Below the pieces are notes generated by a model, which did no database searches, was not told where the DNA came from, and was given only the letters and a program-made list of their open reading frames with translations. The position numbers and the translations under genes are program-made. Of a DNA stretch of 64,000 bases, positions 53,470 through 64,000 are shown piece by piece (within the stretch, counting starts at the first letter, position 1; each line of letters begins with the position of its first letter). This DNA comes from Octopus vulgaris (taxonomy: Eukaryota): the NCBI GenBank assembly GCA_951406725.2, contig OX597815.1:121086001-121150000 (forward strand), written 5' to 3'.

Positions 53470-54112
53470 AGTACTAGACAATATCTTGCATAAAGAAATG
53501 AATGACAAGGTCACCACTGCATATTTCAAATACCTTAAACTTCTCTTGAAATCAAAACTCAACTCAAGGAACCTTGTGATTGCCATCAACATATGGGCAG
53601 TTGCTATGGTCTGCTATAGTGCACCCATCCTGAAATGGACACAAATGGAGATTAACCAACTTGACCGCACTACCCAAAAAACAATGACAATGTATGGTGC
53701 TCTCTACTCTAAGGCGAAGTTACACAAGCTCTACATGAAGAGAGCTAAAGGTGGACATGGGCTGATTAGCATATGGGAGTGCATTAACAGTGAAAGAAGA
53801 AACATGGCAAAATATTTGGTAAACAGAAAACAAAACCTCCACTGGCTACTATGCCGTAAGTACGGATATGAGGTTAGAGGTATTAGGTACCAATATACAC
53901 CAGAAAAGATAATGGACAAAACAGGGAAGGTAAAAATCCTCTGGCACTTTGACTTCCGGACAGACAAGATATTAGAGCACCAAAGTCCGGATATAGTAAC
54001 TGCTAGGAGGGACAACCAAGAGTGCCTAATAACTGACTTGTCAGTCCTAGGAGATCGACATATTATCATGAAAGAAAGAGAAAAGGTTGATAAGTATGGA
54101 GATTTGAGAAGG
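53470..54112 (+). mobile_element. R4/Dong-like RLE LINE fragment with an in-frame internal deletion
   Basis: LKSKLNSRNLVIAINIWAV..KLYMKRAKGGHGL fused to LHWLLCRKYG..KILWHFDFRTD..SPDIV..KVDKYGDL. Confidence 0.85.
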
Positions 54113-54511
54113 GAGGAGGGGAGGAGGAGATCATCTGTACAATTCTGGTCAAGAGAATTGCCATCCTGTATGGCTATTCTCTTGGCCAGAATCATACAGA
54201 TGATCTGAAAGAAGATGAAGTTGAAATATGGTATTATGTAGCTTGTGATGATAAATCTATACTTTAATACTTTATTCCAGCATATTGTCACATTTTCAAT
54301 AAGTATATGATGAAACATACAAAATTTATTCTTTTCCACAAAATATACTTATTAAAATATGGATGCAGTCTTATACACATGCAAATAGAGTTAGTGCCAG
54401 GGATATATTACTATTAATTAAAACGACACTGCACTTTTGTCATAATGTGTGTGCGTATATAGATATATATATAAGTTTATATATGCGTATACATGTGTTT
54501 GTGAATATATG

Positions 54512-57500
54512 TATCATCATCATCATCATCATCATCATCGTTTAACGTCCGCTTTCCATGCTAGCATGGGTTGGACGGTTCAACTGGGGTCTGGGAAGCC
54601 CGAAGGCTGCACCAGGCCAGTCAGATGTGGCAGTGTTTCTACAGCTGGATGCCCTTCCTAACGCCAACCACTCCGAGAGTGTAGTGGGTGATTTTATGTG
54701 CCACCGACACAGGTGCCAGACGAGGCTGGCAGACGGCCACGCTCGGATGGTGTTTTTTATGTGCCACCGACACAGGTGCCAGACGAGGCTGGCAGACGGC
54801 CACGCTCGGATGGTGTTTTCTTATGTGTCACCGACACGGGTGCCAGACGAGGCTGGCGGACGGCCACGCTCGGATGGTGTTTGTTACGTGCCCTCAGCAC
54901 GGAGGCCAGTCATTGCGGTACTGGCTACGGTCACGTTCGGATGGTTTTCTTATGTGCCACCGGCACTGGTACCACAAGGATACAAATTCCATTGATGTTC
55001 ATCTATTTTGATTTGGTTCGATTTGATTCGATACGATTCGATTCTCACTTGCCTCAACAGGTCTTCACAAGTGTCACAAGAAGGAAGGTATGCACAGGTG
55101 GACTGACTACGTCCCAGGTAGGGGCCACGGATTATGGCTTCACTAGTCTTGCCGGGTCTTCTCACGCACAGCATACTTCCATAGGTCTCGGTCTCTAGTC
55201 ATTTCCATGGTGAGACCTAACGTCCGAAGGTCGTGCTTCACCACCTCGTCCCAGGTTTTCCTGGGTCTACCTCTTCCACGGGTTCCCTCAACTGCTAGGG
55301 ATTGGCACTTTCTCACACACCTATCTTCATCCATTCTCGCCACATGACCATACCAGCGCAATCGTCTCTCTTGCACACAACAACTGATGCTTCTTAGGTA
55401 CAACATTTCTCTCAAGGTACTAACGCTCTGTCGAGTAAGTACACTGACATTACACATCCATCGGAGCATACTGGCTTCGTTCCTCACGAGCTTACGCATG
55501 TCCTCAGCAGTCACGGCCCATGTTTCACTGCCATGTAGCATAGCTGTTCGTACACATGCATCATACAGTCTGCCTTTTACTCTGAGCGAGAGGCCTTTAG
55601 TCACCAGCAGAGGTAAGAGCTCCCTAAACTTTGCCCAGGCTATTCTTATTCTAGCAGTTACACTTTCAGCGCACCCACCCCCACTACTGACTTGGTCACC
55701 TAGATAGCGGAAGCTATCAACTACTTCTAGTTTTTCCCCCGGAAAGTGACAGAAGTTGTTTTCTGCAGATTTTCGGAGGTCAATGCTCCAGAGCACCTGC
55801 CACATACAAAAACTATCTTCCCAGTTAGCCTACCTTTGACATTGCTGCACCTCTTATGTGTCCATAGCTTACACTGGGTACATCTTATAGAGTTTCTACC
55901 TACACCTTTTTTACAGATCTAGCAGGGCCATCTTCCTGAGGATATTTGTGGGTTTTCTACCTTTCTACTTATTAGTACTTTGGTTTTAGCTAGGTTGACT
56001 CTAAGGCCCCTCGATTCTAAACCCTCCTTCCATACCTGGAACTTCTCCTCCAGTTCTGATAGTGACTCAGCGATTAGAGCGAGGTCATCAGCATAGAGGA
56101 GCTCCCAGGGGCAACCTGTCTTGAATTCCTCCGTTATTGCCTGGAGGACTATGATAAATAGGAGGGGGCTGAGTACTGAACCCTGGTGGACCCCAACCTC
56201 TACTTTGAATTCTTCTGTGTACATGTTGCCAACTCTAACCTTACTTACGGCATCTCTGTACATGGCTTGCACAGCCCTCACCAGCCATTCATCTATCCCT
56301 AGTTTCCTCATTGACCACCAGATGAGGGATCGGGGGACCCTATCAAAGGCTTTCTCCATGTCAACGAAAGCCAGGTACAGGGGCTTATCCTTGGCTAGGT
56401 ATTTCTCCTGCAGCTGCCTTACCAGGAATATAGCATCAGTGGTGCTTTTCCCTGGGACAAACCCAAACTGCATCTCATCTAAACTAACTCTCTCTCTAAT
56501 TAGTTGGGCTATGACCCTCTCCGTAACCTTCATTACCTGATCCAACAGCTTGATACCTCTGTAATTATTTGTATCCAGGGCATCACCTTTACCTTTGTAG
56601 CAGTTGACTAGTATGCTGCTACACCAGTCATTGGGTATGACTCCTTCGTGTATCACCTGGTTGACTATACGGGTGACTAGGTTATAGCCGACACTGCCAG
56701 ATATTTTGAGCATCTCTGCAGTAATTCCTGATGGGCCTGGGGCTTTCCCTGTCTTCATGCTTCTAATTGCCTTAGCTACCACGGAACTATCAACTCGGAT
56801 AGCTGGTCCCTCTGTTGGGTCAACATTTGGCAGACTCTCTTTATCCCATTCATTTTCTTTATTCAGCAAACTTTCATAGTGGCATCTCCAAACCTCTCTC
56901 TTTGCATCCTCATTTAGCGCAAGTGAACCATCATCCATGCGAACACACTTCTCTCCTACCACATCACGATTCTCTCTCACACACTGTCTTGCAACACGAA
57001 ATACCTCAAGTCTTTCATCCTCACGGCTCAGAACATTGGCAAATTTTTTCTTATCCGCTTCCCCTCTGGCTAAATAAACCTGTCTCCTAGCTTCCCTTTT
57101 GGCTGTCTGATACAATTCCCTGCTACCACCGTTCTTCCAGTCCTTCCAAGCCTGTCTCTTTTGTCTAATAGCCCCGTCAACCACCGTGTTCCACCACCAT
57201 GTAACTCTGGGTCGAGATGGTACTTTGCTCCATCCACAGATCTGGTCAGTGGCTGTCAGCAGATTGTCCTGTAGGAATCTCCAGTTGTCTTCCACATTAA
57301 GTGGAGCTATATCCCCTTCTATTTCGTCAGAGGCTTCGAGTAGTATGTCTCTAAATCTCTGTCCATTTGCAGGATCTTTAAGCTTCCAGACCCTTCTCCT
57401 CCAAGCTGGTCTTCTTCTGGGCAACCATTTAGCTCTGATCCTGAAGTCACTAACTACTAATCTATGTTGGGGAGTACATTCTTCGCCTGGGAATGTTTTG

Positions 57501-57932
57501 GCATTTATAATCAGCCCTCTTTCCCTTTTTCTGGCAAGGATGTAGTCAATCTGGCTGGTGTGTCTGCCAGAACGGTAGGTGACTAGGTGAGAGGTGGGTT
57601 TCCTGAAGTGGGTATTGCAGACCATAAGGTCATTTGCATCGCAGAACTCCAGCAGCCTGGTTCCCTCCTCATTTCGAGAGCCAAAACCGTGGCCTCCATG
57701 GATGCCATGGAAGCCCCTGACATGTCGTCCAACATATCCATTGAAATCACCTGCCACGAAGAGAAGGTCACTGTCATTTGTCAATGAGGTAGTCCGCAAT
57801 AGGGTGTCATAGAATTGGTCTTTTTGTCCTTCCGGTAGCCCTGGTTGAGGGGCATATGCCGAGATGATGGTAGCTGTCCTATGGTGAAGAACTAATCTAA
57901 TTTTAATTACTCTGTCACTTACTCTGACTACC

Positions 57933-57936
<4 letters not shown>
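54512..57936 (-). mobile_element. Young 5'-truncated RTE LINE (APE endonuclease, RT with inserted PHD finger, 3'UTR minisatellite, (GAT)n tail)
   Basis: AGDFNG, SQIDYIL, QFGF, DMEKAFD, GVHQGSVLSPLLF, LYADD; 5' junction in (TA)n. Confidence 0.96.
55143..57936 (-). pseudogene. RTE ORF (EN-RT) disabled by one stop (55919-55921) and one 1-bp frameshift (~55740)
   Basis: The 697-aa and 220-aa ORFs join into one protein once the TAG and a single-base deletion are corrected. Confidence 0.92.
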
Positions 57937-57993
<57 letters not shown>

Positions 57994-58169
57994 ATATATA
58001 TAAAATTGACATCTTGAGAGGTCACCAGCCCTTGTGAAAAAATGTGTTTATTTATAAATATGTTAATAGGTATTCAATGGGGAGAAAAAAGAAAGAAAGG
58101 ACAAAGAAAAAAAGAAAAATACTTTGGAATGAAATTTCAATGAATTGACCACATCAAATTGAAAAGAAA

Positions 58170-58220
<51 letters not shown>

Positions 58221-58223
58221 CTC

Positions 58224-58258
<35 letters not shown>

Positions 58259-58394
58259 ATCTATCTATCTGTTTGTCTGCCTGTGTGTATGTCTGTCTGT
58301 CTATCTATCTATCTATTAATCTGTCTATCTTTCTATCTATCCTTTCCCCACCCTTTATTATTTTTTCCTTTTTTCTTGTTTGTCCTGAAACCTT

Positions 58395-58425
<31 letters not shown>

Positions 58426-58705
58426 GTGTCTATCTCCCCTTTGCTTTTCTTTCTCTCTTTCCCCTTTTTTCCAAAAAAAAAACAACCAAAAACAATATTC
58501 TTCTCTTCTAAACAAAGCAAAAAAGCATACAATTCATATAAATTAACAATGAAACGTTCTGTTTTTACCATTTTGATTTTGATTTTGTACTGACGAATTC
58601 AATAAACGAACAAAATCACTAATAAAGAATTATCCAAAATTCTGACTGCCTCTTTTTTCTTAATATGCAATATCTGTACACCACTTCAAACATTCTATAC
58701 CCGCA

Positions 58706-58741
<36 letters not shown>

Positions 58742-59374
58742 TGTATGTATGTATGTATGTATGTATGTGTGTGTGTGTGTGTGTGTTTGTGTATGTATGT
58801 ATGTATGTATGAAGTTTTGTGTGAGTGTTCATTAACTTTTCAAGCCATAGCACTTTAAAGAAGAAACTAAGTGACAGCTTTGTAATCCCCTATCAATGCA
58901 GCAAAAATTTCACTTCTTTTGTGTTTCCTCTCTTTTTCCCCCACCCCTTTTATTTTTTGCCAGGGTGGGTGTATGCATGTGAAATTGTTAATATTGATAT
59001 AGCTTCTCTTTTGTTGTTGATACTTGCTCTGTATGTGTCAGCTGGTAGTGACAACCACCCAGAATTCAAGCTGATCCTTTATAAGATCTGTATACAATGG
59101 GTTCAGGAGAGTTATGTAAAGTAGAAAGCAAGCAGCTACAAATGTGGTACCTACAGGTATTAAAAGGCATGCAACCACATCAGCAGCTGTGATTGCAATA
59201 ACAACTACAGCAAGAAATACAATAAACAAAAGCATAACTACTACAAACAGTATTAAACCACAAATGCATCAAACAAAACCACAGGCCCTTAACTAAATTT
59301 GCAATACTTTAATAGCATGAAACAGTATGGGCTGCGAACAATAAAAAATACAAAGAAAACACAAGCATGGTTGA

Positions 59375-59520
59375 CAGTGGTGTAGCTAGAATATATGCCA
59401 ACCAGTACAGCTCTTTGGTGTAAATTTATACAGGCTTACACAACAGGTCCAAAAGTGCCACTCCCATAAAAGTGCTGCCCTGGGTAGATCAACGCCATGA
59501 CCCACTAGCTAAGTTATTGA
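59375..59520. mobile_element. Short MITE relic
   Basis: TIR-like CAGTGGTGTAGCTAG / CTAGCTAAGTTATTG. Confidence 0.5.
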
Positions 59521-61684
59521 TAATTTAAAAGCTTTGGCTAATGTTTCTGCACCCTAACTGCCCTTTTCACTATCAGGAATATTTCAATGTCCTATTGGTA
59601 TCTGAGCTAATCAGCGAGTGGAAAACACGTATAGTGGAAGAATCTCTTATACCAAAGCTATAGCACTATAGTGATCATGTGACAATTTTTAGCTAGCAGA
59701 GAGCAGCAAATATATAGAGAATGAGCAAGACAGAATCCACCAAAAAGTAAATAATGTTATAGCTGCAGTAACATCAACAAAATCGTCTGAAATTATATGG
59801 GGAAATAGAAAAAAATATTAAAAAAGGAAAGAAAATGAGTAGAAGAACAAAAGGAGATTTCTCTCATAAAATCAGAGAAAATATATAGAATGTCAGCAGC
59901 AAGTTAATGGACTGAATGAAATTTTTTAGTCGTGGAAGACTTCTGAAGAGAAGTAAAATAACTACAAGCTTTTTATAAAAATAAACTTGCATACATTTCT
60001 GGGTTTAGATCTAATAGTGTATTGAAAGACATGCACCAACTAGAACCTTTATTTCCAAACAACCAAGATACCTCATGCCAAATCTGCACTGACTTAACAG
60101 AGACTTTGAAAGATTATCCAGTAAGGTTATCAGTTATGTCTCCTTCAACAGCATAAAAAAGAAATAAAAACAAAAAGAAACAACACAGACACTGCTCATA
60201 TGAAGGAAACATTATTGCACCTCACCTTAAACCTTATACATGAACACCACACAACCAGAGCTTTCGCAATAACCCCAAATGCTAAGTCTCACTATCACTT
60301 AAGATCTCTCATACTAAACACACATCATAACTTAGCTAAGACTCTATCACAAAGACTGACCTTTCTCTTCAGAGTCAGATTACAGGTATCTGTATCTTCT
60401 TAAATATTGATTTACTGATGATAAAATGCATGAATTTTTAAAGTCTGAAATCAATCTATAATCAAGGACACTTGATGTAGATACAGTAGTTGTAAAACAT
60501 GAATCTCTGACGTCCTTGTATTTACTCTTATGTTGGTTGAAAAAATGTTTGTTTCAGACATTCAAGATTTTGAAGTATTGGCTGAGGTAGTTCAGAAATG
60601 CTAAGCTGTGGAAATGACAGAGAATTTACTGGATCTTGTCAGTAACATCACAGACCTGACAGGACTTGGCTATGTTGTTATGATAATAGGTGCTTGTCTT
60701 GAACAAAGTGTTCTTGATATTATGTCACACGTGTGAACTTAGTGTTTGCATTAATTTTCGAAAAGGATGTAGAAAATAGTTTCAAGATTACAGTCTCTTC
60801 TAAACATTATTAATGACAACTAGCTGGCCCCATGACGTCAAAAATCATGGCTAACTGTTCTATTTTATATATAAAAAGACTACAAAACAGTGAAAAAAAT
60901 CAAACAGCATTTCGACTCTGTGTGAGTGTGTGCACATTTGTGCATATGTATACATTTATATGCATGAATAGCAGTCTGTAGCAAACGCGATTTTCTATAC
61001 TTTGTCACAGCCCACTTCCCTCCTTTTTAAGTAAGTCTGTTTATATATATGTGTGTGTAAATGCACTTTGATTTTTTTTTACTGTTGAATTTTCACCACC
61101 CCACTTCCATTGGTGGTTATATAAATATATTTTGCACAAGCACACACACACACAAACATTCACATAATCACAACAACTAATGTGTGTAGCCAATTCGCCA
61201 TACATATATACACACACAGACACTGTTCAGTTTGTCATCACCCCTTCCTTCATCATTCATGTCTTGCAACAGACAAAGACACAAGAGAATTATATACTAG
61301 TAGAAATTTTGTTGTTGTTGTTTTCTTAGCTGGGTCTAGAGGAAACATTTGTAAGTGATTTTATGCCAACATTGAGTGAACTGTATTCAGATGGGATCTT
61401 GGATGTCTCTGTAACAACAGCATTGACCCAGAAGTGAGAGCTGTACCCTACTGTGGGTTTCACTTCAACTTTGTAGAGTGTCAGTAATTGTTGAAGGGAC
61501 TGGAATATTTCCTGCCTAATCTGCATTGCCTCCATGAACAAAGTCCTCAAACATATTTTATAACAAAAACATAATAACTCTCTCTTTTCCAATAGTCCAA
61601 AGATGCAACCCCTGCTTATATCACTGACACAATCTTTTATCTTACCCTAGTTAATCTTGAACAACATGCAGTCAAAACTCTCAA

Positions 61685-61872
61685 CAGTTCTATATTTAAG
61701 AGATAAGGAATTATGTACATTATTTACATTATTTACATTTGACGGATATTTGTTTGTTGTCATCTTGTTTGTTGTTAACACATTTCAACTGATATACCCT
61801 CCAGCCTTCATCAGGTGTCTTGGAGAAATTTCAAACCTAGGTTCTCATTCCTAAGGTATTTTTCGATGTTAT
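61685..61872 (-). mobile_element. Penelope-type pseudo-LTR with a decayed canonical hammerhead core
   Basis: Minus strand ACAC-CTGATGA-A-GGCTG(GAGGGTATAT)CAGTT-GAAA-T-GTGT at 61778-61818. Confidence 0.65.
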
Positions 61873-63772
61873 TATCATTATTATTATTATTATTGCTTCT
61901 TAACCACACAGCCATGCCTGCACCTTGAATACTGAAACATTCTGAATTGTATCCAGAAGAAAGCCATCAGCTGACTGGCAAATATGCTCCCACCAATACA
62001 CTTCAGCCTGTATCTCACAATTATACTGAATTCTCTTCCTTCTGCTTTTTATAAAGCTACTACTACAACCTCTTCTCCACAGAGTTTGCTAAGTTGTATA
62101 CCTCCTCCACGCAACACAACTAAAATGGTGGTGTTTCTTTTTCTAGCCCCCTCATTAACCATTTTACTGAATTCTTCACTTAACCCTATGTAATTACCTC
62201 CCTTGTTTATATTTTTCTAACATACTTTGACTAGCAGCTTTTGAATGGGATTCTGGCAATCTGAGTCATAGCTACAGCCCCCTTCTTTCTGACTAAAACA
62301 AAGAGGGATAAAGAAATGAGTCACAGCTTGTTGAGTATTTAGAACACTAGCATGTGAGTTGAAGCATTGTCAATTCACATCACAATACCAGTGTTGCTCT
62401 GTGTTACAAACAAACTTAACTTTTTACTTTCACAAAATTCTCATCCAATTCTGTTGTATATAGGTACCATGAGGAGGTAATGGTGATAAGTGCTTCTTTC
62501 TAGGTTTCAGGTCTGAACTAATATCATCACATGATCAAAATCAACAACAGACCAATAGTATCCTATTGAAAAATGAGGAGTTGTTGTCTCCCAACTGCTT
62601 AATGCCATATAATTAGGCTCCAGCATACCGCATCACCTTCCAGTAATGGAGGCAGATAAAAATAAAAGGAAAGGTAATAAAAACTAAAATAGCTTCTATT
62701 TGCTGATTGTCAGGGAAATGTTTCCATTATTGCTTCCTTTGGCGTGGCATATTGTATTAGGCCTATTTGCTTATTGAGGACCTCAGAATAACTAATTCTC
62801 TTTTTACAATCAAACTCTAAATTTATTTTTATTAGCTTTTACGTGTGCCTATGTATACACGGACATGTATGAAAATGTGTGCCTCTGTGTGTGTACATTA
62901 GTCAGTTTGTATACATATGAATTTGTAGTAATGTATGTGTGTTTCTAAGAGGGTCTATGTATGTTTCTGTGTGAAGCTGTGCATGCGTATTACATTCAGT
63001 GTTTGCTTTGTGTGATTCCATTACTGAGTGAAATTTTTGTTACTGTACTTCTCTAATCAACAATAGGATAAACATGATCATTATACAACAGGATCATTAA
63101 CATGCATTTTGTTGATTCAGTTGAAAATAGTCTTTGTTACCATGTGACACGGCATTTTATTACATTGCCACACTTCATAACAGCACTCCGCTTTCTAACC
63201 AAGTACACTATCATCAGCAGATTTTCAAACTGTGAATTATCATTTTAGTAATAATTTATACAAACATGAAATTATCAATTTGTTTTTGCCCATAGGGTAT
63301 CACATAAATTCATTAAAATCATTCTGAGTTTGTAAAAATATGCTTCAATTTCTTTTTTATTCTATATTTTTGATTTTTGCTATTTTCTTTGACTTATTTG
63401 TTGCTATTTTTGAGTTATTAAAATAATTTTCCAGTTCAACTTTTAAAATAGTTAATCATACTTTTGAAGAAAATTTTTTTTTAAAGAAGCATAATTCAAT
63501 AAAAACAAGAAAAGCGAGCTATTTCTGTCACAAGACCAAAACGATAATTTTGGAAATAGAAAGAGCCTAATTAAAATGATAGCAGATTACTTTTGTAATG
63601 ATCTGTGATCTGTGAAGCAGAGAAATATTAGTTATGTCCACAGGAAAATGAAACTGGCAATGTTTAATTAAACTCAAAAGAGCACATTGATCCTTCACTA
63701 AATATTACAGTCAATAAAACAGTGCTCACCTCACTGTATTTCTAACTGAAAATTCTCCTTCCTCTCTTACAG

Positions 63773-63852
63773 ATCATTATTCCATTTCCATTTTGTTGTT
63801 GATAGCATTTGCAATTTTGTTAACACCCTCATGGAATTACATACACTTTTAA
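63773..63852 (+). CDS. Candidate terminal exon encoding a hydrophobic C-terminus (GPI-anchor signal or tail anchor)
   Basis: Branch point CTAAC (63742), polypyrimidine tract, cag|AT; translation HYSISILLLIAFAILLTPSWNYIHF*. Confidence 0.5.
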
Positions 63853-64000
63853 TCTTTTATCACTGTTCAAAGCTTTCAACTTGTGGGTGTGTCTTGTATA
63901 TGTTCTGTATTTTAAATGAAGCTTTAGCTGTTTCTGTGCTTCTTTTTAGTTTTTTAATCTGTCAAAGGAAATTATAAGTTTTTTTTAAATATCTGTAGTA

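Noticed and set aside
53731-54339. 202-aa minus-strand ORF
   Set aside because: Antisense shadow of the RLE LINE relic
54690-54900. CRISPR-like array
   Set aside because: Tandem units without unique spacers inside a LINE 3'UTR; eukaryotic context and no cas genes
57937-58012. N-terminus of the 697-aa ORF as a real start
   Set aside because: It comes from the flanking (TA)n tract; the LINE is 5'-truncated inside the endonuclease
60558-60736. Plus-strand exon-like stretch after gtttcag
   Set aside because: In-frame TAA after 14 codons and no recognisable homology
61326-61592. 88-aa minus-strand ORF as a gene
   Set aside because: No recognisable motif; the opposite strand offers an equally plausible exon, so it cannot be assigned

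Overview
AT-rich, microsatellite-dense eukaryotic DNA made mostly of transposable-element relics. The SINE/LINE repertoire and repeat density suggest an octopus-like cephalopod (inference). No complete host gene is recognisable; there are only a few candidate exons, the best being a GPI-signal-like terminal exon at 63773-63852 (+). Most ORFs in the supplied track are microsatellite artefacts. The window holds a young 5'-truncated RTE LINE with a PHD finger inside its RT (54512-57936) and many of its 3' fragments, a second RTE family, several restriction-like-endonuclease (R4/Dong-type) LINE relics, a Tx1-like ORF1, a full-length intron-containing Tc1 (DD34E), a DD37D element, mariner relics, MITEs, two solo LTRs with 4-bp TSDs, Penelope-type repeats with hammerhead-like motifs, and three tRNA-SINE families. 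Main leads: (1) an RLE LINE apparently specific for (ATAC)n microsatellites; (2) hammerhead-ribozyme-like motifs with an extended core; (3) the PHD-in-RT RTE; (4) a covarying terminal hairpin in the solo LTRs; (5) the Tc1 intron; (6) a CpG-retaining domain at about 33-52 kb between CpG-decayed flanks. All alignments were done by eye and boundaries of old relics are approximate.
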